A stretch of 64,000 nt of DNA from the sequence record LC680884.1. One strand, given 5' to 3'. The notes under the pieces are model-generated. The model worked only from the letters and a program-made list of their open reading frames with translations, was not told the origin of the DNA and made no database searches. This document shows positions 8,027 through 18,563 of the stretch, in pieces; the first letter of the stretch is position 1; each line of letters starts with the position of its first letter. The position numbers and the translations under genes are program-made.

Positions 8027-10573
8027 ATGATAGTAGATAATGACTTACTAATTCTAATGGATGATAATTCAATAAACAGTAGTTCTGCCGCCGACATGAG
8101 AACTTCTATTACGCATTCCAAGGGTAATAAAATTACCCTTGATAACATCAGCAGTTATTATGTATTTGATAATAAGATTAAATTTGGAATGAATTTTTTA
8201 AGAAAATATGAACATATTTTCAAGCAGTATTATATGACATATACTATTGAAGATAAATACTTTTATAGACCGGAATATATAAGCTATTTATTGTATGAAA
8301 CAACTGATCTATGGTACTTATTGTTATTTATTAACAATATGACTCGTCCTGATGAATTTAATAAAAATAATATTATTATATTTGATCCATCTTATTTAAG
8401 TGTGTTTAATGATATTATTGAAAAAGAAAAAAATTCAATAAATAATATGTCTAATCCAACAGTATTGGAACGAGAGACTGTCAGAGATTTAAATCAACCA
8501 AGTAAAAGAATTTTATCAAGTCGATATGATAAAAAGATTAGCCCATTAAATCCACCTGAAAAACCAAAGAAACTTACTACTATTACAGACTTTGTTAATA
8601 ATTTTAAAGATATATATTCTCCAATTATGAGAGGTAAATTATTAAAGAAAATCTATAAGATAACAGATAATACTGGTAAATATGCAATGTTAACCAATAC
8701 ATTTGTGTCTAATAAATTAAGATTGGACGATAATTGTGATACAGGTTTTCCTATAAGTTTTGGAAAAAATTATCGACAACTCTTTGAAGGTTATATTTTT
8801 ATTGATAATGAAGATGAATATGAGTTTAAACCCATTGTAATGGGTAACTGTAAATTAAATATTGATGATAAACAAGTAATCAATACTCTTGGTGAAAATT
8901 TTACAATTAATGAGAATATTTTTGAAACACAAACAAAAAATTCAGATTTCAAAACTGGTAGTACTGATGGTTGGGATGTATTGGATGGAGAGTTAATCAA
9001 AGACAATGAAGGTAAAAATATTCTAAAAAAAGTATATGAAAAACAAGAAAAGGGTTCTAATATTGCTAAAGTTAATCTTGATGTTTCATTAATTAAGACA
9101 TATAGAGATCTAGCTATTACAACAACTTATAAATCAATTGATAATGGAAACTTATTATTTTCAGGTGCATCAGTAACAGTTGAATATACAGATAATACTA
9201 AAATTGTATTTGAAAATAATAAAGAGTATGCCTATTTTAATAATAATGCTAATTTTACAGACTCTGTTATAATTGTTACATTTATTAAAGGTAAGACACT
9301 TAAAAATATCACTATTGATTTCCCAGTTGAGAGAAAACCAATGTATAATGAACTATTGAATGGTGAAGTGAATATTTCTCAACTAAAAGTCCAACCTGTT
9401 TTATATGATTCAGCAAAGATTAAGTTATCAGGAAATAGATGGCATAAATTTAAACTTCAATATGACATGATTGAGCAACCGTCATCTTATCTACAATTAT
9501 TATTTAAAGGCTCAAATGATACACAATATAAAAATATTAATGAATCTTCATTTGCATTTTCTCCTGATGGTAATTTAAGTAAAAATGAACAAAAGAATAC
9601 CATTTTAAATGTTTTTTATGACATTAATGAAGAGTTTATTTTTACTCAAGAATATTTAAATGATAATAATTTTTCTTATGATGATATAAATCCAATTAAT
9701 GGTTTCATCCCACAAGGAATAAATTATACAATTAGACAATATTCTAAATTAAAATTAGTTCCAAATACTAAATATATGATTCAGGGAAATAGAGATGATG
9801 TTATACAAATTTATATGAACGATGAACTAATTCTTGAGAAATCATCTGGTATTGATGATATTTATACTAAAGATATTATTGCTACTAAGGAAGAGATTGT
9901 AGATCTATTAGTTGTATATAAACATTTTAATGGAAATGGAAAAGCATTCTTTAATATAAAATCATTACCAGATAAATATAATAATCCAGACTGGGGGTTA
10001 GTAGATAATAAAGGATCTATTTTAATTCCTTCTTCCACTGATTGGAAAGGAACAACTAATAGTGTTATTTTAAATGATTACTCTTCAGGTCTAAATAATT
10101 ATTATTTTACTGGCGATGATAGAGGTTTATCTGATTATCGTTTAAAAGTTATGGTAAAAGGAAGTAAATATCATCAAGGAAATCTAGGAGTAATCTTTAG
10201 AATGCAAGGTGAGGATGAATATTATCTATATACTATAAGAAGAAAAAATATAGACAAAGGAATAGTTTATCCTATGTTATCTGGTTTATATAAAATCTCT
10301 CCTAAATATTCTGAGATAGATATTTCGTCAGATGGATTGCATAAAGTAAGAGGAAAATTATTATCAACTACTGAACAGACTTATCTAAGTGATGAAAATA
10401 ATTGTATTTTTATTATGATGTACCATAATAGAATTAGAGTTTATGACAGAGTTGGTGGATATCCAATTGTAGATTTTACTGATACTGATTCTCCACTATT
10501 GGAAGGTAGTTTTGGATTCAGTATCTTTGATCAATCAGATGTTGAATATACAGATATTGAAATTTCTTATTGA
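8027..10573 (+). CDS. Baseplate wedge-like protein (T4 gp53/LysM-like N-terminus) with C-terminal beta-sandwich domains
   Basis: YRPEYISYLLYETTDLWYLLLFINNM resembles the gp53 RPE..A..YG...L.W..L..N pattern; lies in a late structural cluster. Confidence 0.55.
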   Translation: MIVDNDLLILMDDNSINSSSAADMRTSITHSKGNKITLDNISSYYVFDNKIKFGMNFLRKYEHIFKQYYMTYTIEDKYFYRPEYISYLLYETTDLWYLLLFINNMTRPDEFNKNNIIIFDPSYLSVFNDIIEKEKNSINNMSNPTVLERETVRDLNQPSKRILSSRYDKKISPLNPPEKPKKLTTITDFVNNFKDIYSPIMRGKLLKKIYKITDNTGKYAMLTNTFVSNKLRLDDNCDTGFPISFGKNYRQLFEGYIFIDNEDEYEFKPIVMGNCKLNIDDKQVINTLGENFTINENIFETQTKNSDFKTGSTDGWDVLDGELIKDNEGKNILKKVYEKQEKGSNIAKVNLDVSLIKTYRDLAITTTYKSIDNGNLLFSGASVTVEYTDNTKIVFENNKEYAYFNNNANFTDSVIIVTFIKGKTLKNITIDFPVERKPMYNELLNGEVNISQLKVQPVLYDSAKIKLSGNRWHKFKLQYDMIEQPSSYLQLLFKGSNDTQYKNINESSFAFSPDGNLSKNEQKNTILNVFYDINEEFIFTQEYLNDNNFSYDDINPINGFIPQGINYTIRQYSKLKLVPNTKYMIQGNRDDVIQIYMNDELILEKSSGIDDIYTKDIIATKEEIVDLLVVYKHFNGNGKAFFNIKSLPDKYNNPDWGLVDNKGSILIPSSTDWKGTTNSVILNDYSSGLNNYYFTGDDRGLSDYRLKVMVKGSKYHQGNLGVIFRMQGEDEYYLYTIRRKNIDKGIVYPMLSGLYKISPKYSEIDISSDGLHKVRGKLLSTTEQTYLSDENNCIFIMMYHNRIRVYDRVGGYPIVDFTDTDSPLLEGSFGFSIFDQSDVEYTDIEISY

Positions 10574-10579
10574 AAAAAA

Positions 10580-10617
10580 AAAATAACCATAGACATATTT
10601 ATGTCTATGGTTATTTT
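10580..10617. terminator. Bidirectional intrinsic terminator
   Basis: AAAATAACCATAGACAT-ATT-TATGTCTATGGTTATTTT between convergent genes. Confidence 0.85.
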
Positions 10618-10618
10618 G

Positions 10619-11110
10619 TTAAAATGCAAATCCATTTTGTGAAATACCATCTAACTTCAATTTATCTTTATAATATATAATAACTTCTTGATCAGAGGCA
10701 TATTTACCTATAGGCATTTGAATGTCATCTACTTTAAGTATATATTGTCTACTAGTTGTATTAGCCCATGCTATATATTTCTCTCCTTTTTTAAATGCTA
10801 TTTCATCATCATAGTCAAAAATATCTTCTAAAACTTCTACATATATTTTTTCTGGCATAATTGGTTTTTCATATGGATATTTAAAATAATCATTAGTAAA
10901 TTCTTCAATAAAATCTATAACATTCTCATGCTTTCTATGAGGTTTATCTAAATCAATATATTCACTATGAAAACGACTCATCATTTCACTATGAAATTGA
11001 GAAAAAGTTTTTAGATCTCTTAGAGTCTCATTTTCTTCTTGTAAAATTTTTTCATCTGTTACTAGTTCTTTAATATCATCAAGGATTTTATCTCTTTTTC
11101 TCTGATTCAT
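10619..11110 (-). CDS. Hypothetical protein
   Basis: ORF track starts at 11143; SD AGGAGG favours ATG 11110 (MNQRK). Confidence 0.7.
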   Translation of the reverse strand: MNQRKRDKILDDIKELVTDEKILQEENETLRDLKTFSQFHSEMMSRFHSEYIDLDKPHRKHENVIDFIEEFTNDYFKYPYEKPIMPEKIYVEVLEDIFDYDDEIAFKKGEKYIAWANTTSRQYILKVDDIQMPIGKYASDQEVIIYYKDKLKLDGISQNGFAF

Positions 11111-11330
11111 TTTTAATTTCCTCCTGTAATCTTCTTTTAACATATTCTTCTAATATTAAAATATTTACAGTCATAGATAATATAACGTTAATTATAAATA
11201 TCCCAATTTGAGTATTAATACTCAAATTGGGAAAATACTTAGTTAACACAGTTTCAGTACTTACTATTGATGAAGTTAAAAGAGGTATAAGAATAGATAT
11301 TTTAAGAAATATTTTAGGCAGTAGTGACAT
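11088..11330 (-). CDS. Small membrane protein (2 TM)
   Basis: SD AAGGAG precedes ATG 11330 (MSLLPK); two hydrophobic segments. Confidence 0.65.
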   Translation of the reverse strand: MSLLPKIFLKISILIPLLTSSIVSTETVLTKYFPNLSINTQIGIFIINVILSMTVNILILEEYVKRRLQEEIKNESEKKR

Positions 11331-11340
11331 ATTTTCTCCT

Positions 11341-13026
11341 TTAGAATGGAATTCCACTATCTTTTTCAATACCATTATTTGCTTCAACTTTTAAATCTAC
11401 TGGAGGAAATTCTGGTTGATTACTATTGTTATTATTAAAGAATGATCCCTTATTTTCCCTTGCCTTATTAGGATTAAACTCTTTAAATTTATCTCCACCA
11501 ATTTTATCTTCTGATAATGATTTTGCTAAATGAATATCATCCATTAATCGTAATCCATTACCTTTTTCAAATGGATGTGCAAAATAAGTTATTGATGGTT
11601 TCTTAGCACGAGATGCTATCAATTTAAATGTAAGGTACTCAACGCCTTCAAATTCCTCTTTATTAACAATTACGCCATAATCAGTATTTTCCTGCATTAA
11701 AGCAGATTCCCCAATATGTGATGCATTCAGATTCTTACCAATATTACTTTTACCTTTTTCTAATGAAGTTTCTAGTATACGATATGCTTCCCTATTCAAT
11801 TGTCCAGCTGAAATAACAGGAATATTTCTAGTCTTAGCAATAACGGTAAAATCATCAACCACCGAACCGAGTTCAAGTCTAAGATCAGAAGGATTATAGC
11901 TTGATGATCTAATACGCTTAGTATAATCTTGAATAAGACAAACTACTTCATATCCTTCTAATTCTAAATCATCACACATAGTATCTAAATCAGAAGTACT
12001 AATTGATTTATTAGGACGGTATTTAATAAAGAGATCAATAGGTGCTTCACCATTTTCGTCTACACCGATCACTTCTTCTCTAATAATTCGTAGAGCTTCT
12101 TCTTCAGTATAGTTCTCAATATTACTACCAGTGCTATGAACAAATATTCTTTGAAGAGTTTCTCGAATACTATTTTCTTGTGTTACATATAAAACACATG
12201 GTTTTTTAGTTTTATCTTTTGTAACAATCTCTCTATTATATTTACAAATCCATATTGCGATGTTTAATAAAGTCCCGGACTTAAATCCTTTAGGCAGACC
12301 AAAGATTAAATAAACTCGACCATTCTCAACTCCACCATCAAGCATCTTATTAAAATTTTTAATACCTAATTTCAAATGGTTATTTGGTTTCTTATATTCT
12401 TCAATAGTTGCTCTTACTACTGAATCAGCAGTATTTCCGTTAATATTAAAATCCATTGCGGCATATTGATTAACAGCCTTGGCAGATTTAATATCTTTAT
12501 TTAATTCCCCAACAATTCTCTCTAATGTATTATTAATCGACCGAAGATTACTAGAATCACTAGCTCTTAATTGCTGTAAAGCCATTTCTAAGTCAGGTGA
12601 ATGTCTTCTTAGATGGATATACGTTAAATTTTCTTCTACAAATTTATTAATAAACGTAATATCATCATTAGATAGAGGTTCATCAAAATAACCAGACTCA
12701 AATAATTCAAGTAAATCCTTTGAGTAATGAGGTAATTCTTTTATGCAATATTCTTTAAGAAGTGCATCTCTATAAATATTTTGATCCAATTCCCCTTCTA
12801 AAATCTTCTTAAGTAATTCTATTCTTAACATTCTTGAAAAATCTTCACTATAGGATCTGATATCAATAAAATTAATTAATTTTCTTAAATTGATAAGAGA
12901 TTTCTTAGTAATTAATGGATTATCAGATAATGTATATTGAATAATAGAATCAAACATCTCTATATTAATAGGGAGTTCAACAACTTCTATATCTTTCTTT
13001 TTACCACTTTTCTTCTTGAAATACAT
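11341..13026 (-). CDS. DnaB-like replicative helicase
   Basis: Walker A GLPKGFKSG, QEN, IQDY, ISAGQLNR, ESALMQENTD and ASR motifs; acidic IPF C-terminus. Confidence 0.88.
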   Translation of the reverse strand: MYFKKKSGKKKDIEVVELPINIEMFDSIIQYTLSDNPLITKKSLINLRKLINFIDIRSYSEDFSRMLRIELLKKILEGELDQNIYRDALLKEYCIKELPHYSKDLLELFESGYFDEPLSNDDITFINKFVEENLTYIHLRRHSPDLEMALQQLRASDSSNLRSINNTLERIVGELNKDIKSAKAVNQYAAMDFNINGNTADSVVRATIEEYKKPNNHLKLGIKNFNKMLDGGVENGRVYLIFGLPKGFKSGTLLNIAIWICKYNREIVTKDKTKKPCVLYVTQENSIRETLQRIFVHSTGSNIENYTEEEALRIIREEVIGVDENGEAPIDLFIKYRPNKSISTSDLDTMCDDLELEGYEVVCLIQDYTKRIRSSSYNPSDLRLELGSVVDDFTVIAKTRNIPVISAGQLNREAYRILETSLEKGKSNIGKNLNASHIGESALMQENTDYGVIVNKEEFEGVEYLTFKLIASRAKKPSITYFAHPFEKGNGLRLMDDIHLAKSLSEDKIGGDKFKEFNPNKARENKGSFFNNNNSNQPEFPPVDLKVEANNGIEKDSGIPF

Positions 13027-13123
13027 CCTACCATTCTCCTCTACGCTCGGTGTTATACACTTGTATGTTCATCTGTTGTTATTTTCTCTTTTTTATTTCT
13101 GATAATAAAATTTGATAGGAATA

Positions 13124-13393
13124 TTAACCTAAATTATTTAATTGTATTGGTTGACTCATAGTATAATTATTCGGATTATCTTCCCAATTATATTCACTAA
13201 GATCAATAAGTGATGTGATCATTCCTGAATTCGTTAAGAATTCTCTATATATTTCTGCTGTTTCTTTATTAATTAATAGAATATGAGTTACGACATTCTT
13301 AGTAACTATCTTCAAAGCATAATTAGGATTATTACCCTTATAGATATCTAATGTATCTCTAGCTACAAGTTGAAGTATTTCATCTTTACTCAT
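13124..13393 (-). CDS. Hypothetical protein
   Basis: Likely start ATG 13393 (MSKDEIL), overlapping the upstream gene end. Confidence 0.6.
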   Translation of the reverse strand: MSKDEILQLVARDTLDIYKGNNPNYALKIVTKNVVTHILLINKETAEIYREFLTNSGMITSLIDLSEYNWEDNPNNYTMSQPIQLNNLG

Positions 13394-14078
13394 TACTCTC
13401 AATTCCTTTTCTTTTTTGTGTATCTGCAAAACTCTTACCTTTTTTATTTCCAGCTTCCCATGCTTCGCTATCATTAGCAAACTTAGGTTTAATACCAGAA
13501 CTTGAATGTTTCCTTAAATTCATCTTCTCAAGTGTTTGAACTACTAGAGAATCTTTTACTAGAACTAATCCCCAATTATTTTCATTCTTTTGTTCTTCGA
13601 ATTTTTCATTTAAACCTACTAAGAAACCATTGATAAATATATTTCTAACACCTACAGTACTTTTACCTGACCTATATACTTTTCCAACATAACTCTTAGC
13701 AAATTTATCAATAACTTTTTCTGCATATTGAAATACACTTTTAGCAATAATAACATCTTCCTCTAAACCTAGAAATGTTATAGATGATTTATTTTTTGCA
13801 TATTTTGATATCAATGCTTCACACTTAAAATTCTTAGCTATAATAGCAGATAATTGTTTTTTCCACCAAGAAATTCTACCTGTAGGTTCAATTACTTTAT
13901 CATCTTGTACTACTTTCTTCTCAGAATTATCTTTTAATTCTACATCTTTCATGGAAATATTATGTTTTACCATTAATCTTTGTACTGCAAGCATTGCAGC
14001 TTGTGCTTCTTCGTCATTTGGAGCATCATTGGCTAATGCAAGCGCTTTTTTAATTTTATCAATAATTTTTGTATCCAT
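13386..14078 (-). CDS. DUF2786-domain protein
   Basis: N-terminal IIDKIKKALALAND..NDEEAQAAMLAVQRLMVKHNI is the DUF2786 signature. Confidence 0.8.
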   Translation of the reverse strand: MDTKIIDKIKKALALANDAPNDEEAQAAMLAVQRLMVKHNISMKDVELKDNSEKKVVQDDKVIEPTGRISWWKKQLSAIIAKNFKCEALISKYAKNKSSITFLGLEEDVIIAKSVFQYAEKVIDKFAKSYVGKVYRSGKSTVGVRNIFINGFLVGLNEKFEEQKNENNWGLVLVKDSLVVQTLEKMNLRKHSSSGIKPKFANDSEAWEAGNKKGKSFADTQKRKGIESNE

Positions 14079-14622
14079 TAAAGAAACCTCCTAGTTTATA
14101 AGGATCAATTCTAGTAATAATTCTATTCTTTTTAACAGCATAATTATATGTAAGTCCAGTTCCAGTCCAAGGTTCGCCATTATATACTGCTATTACATAT
14201 TTAGAATTATTAACCATCCACTTATCTCTATTCCACATACATTTTTTAGTATATTCCTTTTTAGACACATAGTGAACATAATCACTTCTATCTAATATAG
14301 CATGATAAAACATTCGATCATATTCTTTCCATTTTATTTCCTGACGAAAACAAGGAATTGCACATACTAGTTTTATATTCGGATATTCACTTTTAAGTTT
14401 TAAAACTATCTCTGCCGCCCAAGTATCCCCACCTAGAGCCATTCCTGTTATAAAGGTATCTATTCCATATTCTTTAATATGTCTAACAATTTCATTATAT
14501 AAAACTCTGATAATCTTTTGATTACCAGAGGTTTTTTTATTATACCCATACAATAGATGTGGTCTATGAGCAGTAAAACAAACAGTTGTATCATTATTTA
14601 TCTTCATTTTACAATTGCTCAC
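14059..14622 (-). CDS. YspA/DUF1273 SLOG-family protein
   Basis: CFTAHRP, FITGMALGGDTWAAEIVL, RDKWMVNNS and GTGLT motifs. Confidence 0.82.
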   Translation of the reverse strand: MSNCKMKINNDTTVCFTAHRPHLLYGYNKKTSGNQKIIRVLYNEIVRHIKEYGIDTFITGMALGGDTWAAEIVLKLKSEYPNIKLVCAIPCFRQEIKWKEYDRMFYHAILDRSDYVHYVSKKEYTKKCMWNRDKWMVNNSKYVIAVYNGEPWTGTGLTYNYAVKKNRIITRIDPYKLGGFFNGYKNY

Positions 14623-15088
14623 TTATCATATTTTTTTCTTTATGGAGAATCGTTACAATATTCCTAAGTTCATCAATAATACTCTTTTTCCAATTATCAA
14701 TTTCACTAAATAGACCTGTTTTAATATAACTAGGAATTTTCCACTTCTTAACATTCTTAATAAATTCTTTAGCGTCAATTTCTTCATTATTTAGTAATAA
14801 TTCAGAAGCATAGTCATGTAATCTTTTTTGCATCTCACTGTTTAATTTAAATGCAATGCTTTCAATAGCAATAAATACAATCTCATAATCTAAATTTCCA
14901 ATGTGTTCTAATGAATGAGGCACATGACCAAGAATATAATCGTATTCTGTAAAGTGTTTAGATTTTACCTTTTCCGCATGCTTATTTTTTACTACAATAT
15001 CATTTGGAATCCCATTATGAAAACCTTTAATCAATAATCCTTCTTTTTCAATTTCATTTAACAGTTTATTCATTTTAGATTTTTTCAT
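14609..15088 (-). CDS. Hypothetical protein
   Basis: 159-aa ORF coupled to both neighbours. Confidence 0.7.
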   Translation of the reverse strand: MKKSKMNKLLNEIEKEGLLIKGFHNGIPNDIVVKNKHAEKVKSKHFTEYDYILGHVPHSLEHIGNLDYEIVFIAIESIAFKLNSEMQKRLHDYASELLLNNEEIDAKEFIKNVKKWKIPSYIKTGLFSEIDNWKKSIIDELRNIVTILHKEKNMISEQL

Positions 15089-16200
15089 TATTTTTCCTCC
15101 ATAATAGCTTTATTGATAGTATCAAGAGTGAGATTAATACCATATTTTAACTGAATATATTTTTGAGTGGTAGTTGTTAGATCATATTCTCTATTAATAA
15201 TAAACATATATTCTTCGTCAACTTTATCTTCAATATCTTTTCTCTTAATATCAAGCTTAACATCACTATCCTGACTTACTAAACTTTTCATGGCTGATAC
15301 ATCTTCATCATTAATGTCTTTTGCTATGATTCTAACATGGTCATACTCTTTCTTTAGTTCCCCAATAATTTTTAATTTATCTTCTAAATTATCTCCCTTA
15401 ATGTCGTCCATATTAAATGTGACGTATGTAGGAGCATCTTCATTCTCAATAAATTTGGTTCTACACTCTAATGTTTCTTGATTATAAAATACCTCTACAA
15501 ATCCTTTTGGTTTTTCTTCTCCAAAGCAGAATCTACTAAATGAACTAGTATATTCAATTTTATTTTTGTAAATATTACGAGTATGAATATGACCACCAAT
15601 TGCTTTCCCATATACTAAATCTGCAATTCTGTCTGAATCATAAACAGGTGCATTTTTAACATGTCTTTCAGATTCAATGTCTGGGATAAATCCTACAAAG
15701 TCAAATGTACCATGAAAGAAAATCATATCATATTTAGCATCTTCTTCTAGATTAAAATATTTATCATAGTATTCTTCTTGGTTCTCTACGTATTCTTCAG
15801 GCATATACAAGAAGAATGTATCTGGAAAAATTTCTTCCTCTTCAACTGTTTCTATAATTCTGAATCTTGGATAATGTTTAGCTTCAATGTATTTAAAGTT
15901 ACTTAATTGGTTGAAATCATGTGTCTTAGTTCCTTTTAGTAATCTTAATTTAAAATTATATTTTAATGATAAATCAACTAATTCTAAAATAAATTTGATA
16001 CATAAAGTACTTCCTATTTCATTCATTCTAAGAATCCTATCAAATAAATCCCCAGATATAATGATGTAATCAATATCTTCTTTTTCGTTATCTATTTTAC
16101 TTATGAAATATTTCTTTAATTCCTCATATAATTTAACATCATCTTTTTTCCCAAAGTGAATATCTGCTATTACTAAACCATATAATTCATTATTCTTCAA
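15088..16200 (-). CDS. SbcD/Mre11-like nuclease subunit
   Basis: ADIHFG, SGDLFD, GTKTHD, FHG and GGHIH motifs; SS..RF..GEE..KGF C-terminal pattern. Confidence 0.85.
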   Translation of the reverse strand: MKNNELYGLVIADIHFGKKDDVKLYEELKKYFISKIDNEKEDIDYIIISGDLFDRILRMNEIGSTLCIKFILELVDLSLKYNFKLRLLKGTKTHDFNQLSNFKYIEAKHYPRFRIIETVEEEEIFPDTFFLYMPEEYVENQEEYYDKYFNLEEDAKYDMIFFHGTFDFVGFIPDIESERHVKNAPVYDSDRIADLVYGKAIGGHIHTRNIYKNKIEYTSSFSRFCFGEEKPKGFVEVFYNQETLECRTKFIENEDAPTYVTFNMDDIKGDNLEDKLKIIGELKKEYDHVRIIAKDINDEDVSAMKSLVSQDSDVKLDIKRKDIEDKVDEEYMFIINREYDLTTTTQKYIQLKYGINLTLDTINKAIMEEK

Positions 16201-16306
16201 GAGATTTTCCCCTCTCCATAATTCCTTTTAATAAAAGTATCTCTCCTTTTACCCTTAATTATTTATTAGTTGATTTCTTTTATTTTAATGAGAATTAATA
16301 TTTATA

Positions 16307-16510
16307 TTATAGCATAAACTTTCTTCTAAATTTTAATTTATTAATAATTTTCCTTTCAGCTCTCATTCTGTTAAATGTGGGAAAAATAAGACTATTAAAA
16401 ATCTCACTTTCTCTTTTTCCATCACTTGTTACACCCACTAGTAATGTTTTTGTTGAATCTTCTTCACTAAATTCAGTAAAAGTAATAGTTACTGGCTGTT
16501 TTTCTGACAT
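16307..16510 (-). CDS. Hypothetical protein
   Basis: SD AGGAGG favours ATG 16510 (MSEKQP). Confidence 0.6.
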   Translation of the reverse strand: MSEKQPVTITFTEFSEEDSTKTLLVGVTSDGKRESEIFNSLIFPTFNRMRAERKIINKLKFRRKFML

Positions 16511-16608
16511 TATAATTATCCTCCTATTTAGAAATTTACTTACATCTTTATAATATATAATTGAAAAATGAATTAATAATATTATTAACCGTATCAAAAA
16601 ATATAATC

Positions 16609-16621
16609 AAATATATATTAT
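16609..16621 (+). promoter_or_regulatory. Early-type promoter motif AAATATATATTAT
   Basis: Exact 13-mer in intergenic DNA heading a plus-strand operon; one of 8 exact copies I found. Confidence 0.75.
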
Positions 16622-16706
16622 AATTGTGATAATAATGAATATTTAATTCTATATTATCTAAAATAGGATATTTCTATGATCCGTTAAAGAGAGGAGGAAA
16701 CAAAAA

Positions 16707-17414
16707 ATGATAGAATTTTTAGTAATTGGATTAGCAGTTCATATTTTGCCCAATATTATGATGAAGATAATTAAAAATACAAAACTTGGTCATAAACTAC
16801 TTACATACACATTTGAGTTAGGTATGCAACATGGGAAGAAAGGAATTATCTTACATTATAATTTTAGAAGTATAATTGAGTATGGAATTGGACCAGAAAT
16901 AGCAACTGAATATTATATTGGTTTAGAGATTGGTAAATTAGAAGCAAAAGAAAGAAAAAGTTTTAAAAATGAATTTATTCAAGGTTTCTTTGAAACTGTA
17001 GAAGAAAATTTAGATACAATGACTAATGAAGAAATGAAAGAAATTAATAAAACACCAATTATATCAACAGTTAGCAATTATGTTAGAAGAGATAAACAAA
17101 AGGGAATCAATGATTTAAAATATTTAACAGTTAAAGAAGGAAGAGTAACAAAATTGAATATTTTTATTAATATTCTTTTACTAGTTTTATTATCTTTAAT
17201 TAACTTTCATCTTTTAATTCAACCAATTATTTGCTTTATTAGAAAACAAACAGCAAAAAGTAAATTTGGTAAGAAAGTTTTAAAAGGGAATTTTCAAAAA
17301 GGTTATAATGTTTATAATATTTCATTTACAAAAAATATAGCAATTGATTTATTAATTTCTCCCGCTGTATTAGATCCAATGAGAATTGGAAGAACAATAA
17401 GAAACTTCAAATAA
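16707..17414 (+). CDS. Membrane protein with a two-fold internal repeat
   Basis: Strong SD; TM segment + K(N/S)K(L/F)G(H/K)K(L/V)L...F.KG unit occurs twice. Confidence 0.75.
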   Translation: MIEFLVIGLAVHILPNIMMKIIKNTKLGHKLLTYTFELGMQHGKKGIILHYNFRSIIEYGIGPEIATEYYIGLEIGKLEAKERKSFKNEFIQGFFETVEENLDTMTNEEMKEINKTPIISTVSNYVRRDKQKGINDLKYLTVKEGRVTKLNIFINILLLVLLSLINFHLLIQPIICFIRKQTAKSKFGKKVLKGNFQKGYNVYNISFTKNIAIDLLISPAVLDPMRIGRTIRNFK

Positions 17415-17430
17415 AAAGTGGAGGAACATT

Positions 17431-17625
17431 ATGGAAAATTTTAATGGAGAAAAAGTTACTTTTGCTCGTAAGCTTGGTAGAACAGCAGGTAATCTTTTCA
17501 ATAAACGTATAAATAAAGTTGTAGGGAGAAATGAAACTTCTAGTAAAATGATTAAAAAGAATCACAATAATATTGAGGTTAGTGTAGTTAAGAAAAATAA
17601 AAAAGACATTTGGGGGAATAAATAA
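17431..17625 (+). CDS. Hypothetical protein
   Basis: SD GGAGG; 64 aa. Confidence 0.7.
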   Translation: MENFNGEKVTFARKLGRTAGNLFNKRINKVVGRNETSSKMIKKNHNNIEVSVVKKNKKDIWGNK

Positions 17626-18185
17626 TGAATATTTTTATGGATATTTTAGCATATGCTAATGACGAACTAGAAGAAAATCATGCTGTAAGTGTATTTTCAT
17701 CTAAGATTGGTAGTCATCTTGATAATTTGTTACAAGATGATAAAAATACTAATATGATCATAAAACTAGGAAATATTGATTCTTTAGAAGAGATTACACA
17801 TGAGGAATTAGAATTTATTAATAAATATTTATCTGACTTTATGAAGATTTATAGAGAAAGTGAGGTTTTTAATTCCTTTATGGAAATCTTATCCAATTAT
17901 GACTATGGAATACCAAAAGAAAAAATTAATCAATTAATAAAGTCACTTAATGTTTTGGTTAAAGAGAAAGTACCAAATCTAAATGTACTTGATGATATTA
18001 AAAAGAAAGAAATTGAAAATGCCATTCAGCTTCTTATTAAGTATACAAATGATTACAGTGAAGATGTAGTTGTTAAATCGTATGGTTTTGATGATCAAGG
18101 AAGACCATATATTGAATGGGTAAACACTAAAGTATCGTCTACAATATATTTTGATGATATGGATGTAAAATTAAAGGCAATATAA
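17625..18185 (+). CDS. Hypothetical protein
   Basis: 186 aa; stop/start overlap. Confidence 0.75.
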   Translation: MNIFMDILAYANDELEENHAVSVFSSKIGSHLDNLLQDDKNTNMIIKLGNIDSLEEITHEELEFINKYLSDFMKIYRESEVFNSFMEILSNYDYGIPKEKINQLIKSLNVLVKEKVPNLNVLDDIKKKEIENAIQLLIKYTNDYSEDVVVKSYGFDDQGRPYIEWVNTKVSSTIYFDDMDVKLKAI

Positions 18186-18197
18186 AGGTGATAAATA

Positions 18198-18530
18198 ATG
18201 ACTAATAAAATTATAGCATTATTTATCACAATTAATTTACTCTTTTTACTTTCAGCTTGTGGGAAACCAAATGAGGAAGAAGCACATAAGCAGGTAGAAT
18301 CATTTATTACAGAATATTATGGAGATGACCTTTTAGAATTTAATAAAGAAAATGTTGAAGTCAAAGAACTTAAAGAAAATATGTTTAGAGTATTAGGGAT
18401 GTTCAAAGTAAGAGAACCTAGAAAAATAGCAACAATAATGTATAGTATTGATGCTAGATATGATCCAGACAAAGATGAATGGTATTTTGAGAATGTTGAA
18501 ACACATGATATTGATGAATATTTAAAGTAA
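18198..18530 (+). CDS. Lipoprotein
   Basis: Signal peptide II with lipobox LSAC. Confidence 0.75.
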   Translation: MTNKIIALFITINLLFLLSACGKPNEEEAHKQVESFITEYYGDDLLEFNKENVEVKELKENMFRVLGMFKVREPRKIATIMYSIDARYDPDKDEWYFENVETHDIDEYLK

Positions 18531-18563
18531 AATAAAAAAAAAGAAAATTTGGAGGAGAATAAA

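Noticed and set aside
11341-13026. Intein in the DnaB-like helicase or in the RNAP subunits
   Set aside because: Lengths fit uninterrupted domains; no C/S...HN splice motifs or LAGLIDADG blocks seen.
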